Below are positions 35,773-35,864 of a stretch of DNA of 35,864 bases, one piece after another. The position numbers and the translations under genes were made by a program. A model generated the notes under the pieces. The model saw nothing but the letters and a program-made list of their open reading frames with translations, had not been told where the DNA came from and did not search any database. Source of the stretch: Catajapyx aquilonaris (lineage: Eukaryota); NCBI GenBank assembly GCA_000934665.2, contig KZ539212.1, positions 1 through 35,864 on the forward strand, read 5' to 3'. Every line of letters starts with the position of its first letter. Position 1 is the stretch's first letter.

Positions 35773-35864
35773 CTAGCAGGATACCCGGCGTTGCTCGGGT
35801 TATGAAATACTTTTCCATGTAGGTGTAAGTCATTGATTTGGTAGTAACCTTTGACATAATTATG
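35773..35864 (-). mobile_element. 3' terminus of a Helitron (continues beyond the window)
   Basis: Minus strand: GC-rich hairpin acccgagcaacgccgggt (35800-35783), 6 nt, then terminal CTAG (35776-35773). Confidence 0.78.

Noticed and set aside
34052..35864. Ssdp LisH/LUFS exons (for example WWCVFWDLY, SEAKAFHDY)
   Set aside because: Looked for on the minus strand and not found; presumed to lie outside the window

Overview
Eukaryotic genomic DNA, almost certainly from an insect, with no prokaryotic features. The main content is the 3' part of a minus-strand, multi-exon Ssdp gene (SSBP2/3/4 orthologue; partner of Chip/LDB1). I traced 12 coding exons from 34051 down to the stop at 13979. They splice in phase to 1095 nt (364 aa plus stop): GFVNSGYGVNGIAH-NAGPAPSPL...PPGFFP-...-DQTESAAILKIKESMQEEAKRFEKDPDHPDYFMQ*. 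I did not find the N-terminal LisH/LUFS exons, which presumably lie beyond the right edge. The gene has a GC-AG intron, symmetric microexons, two short stop-free in-frame introns, a plausible second C-terminus by donor read-through, and a promoter-like island in its 9.6 kb intron. A probable long 3' UTR follows. A probable promoter and first exon of a second, unidentified minus-strand gene lies at about 8.04-8.32 kb. Interspersed are a tRNA-derived SINE with a 13 bp TSD, several MITEs, an apparent head-to-tail Helitron junction, minisatellites and (AAT)n microsatellites. Most ORFs in the supplied track are spurious. I see no convincing wholly new biological system. The best leads are isoform and regulatory hypotheses for Ssdp and the transposon structures.
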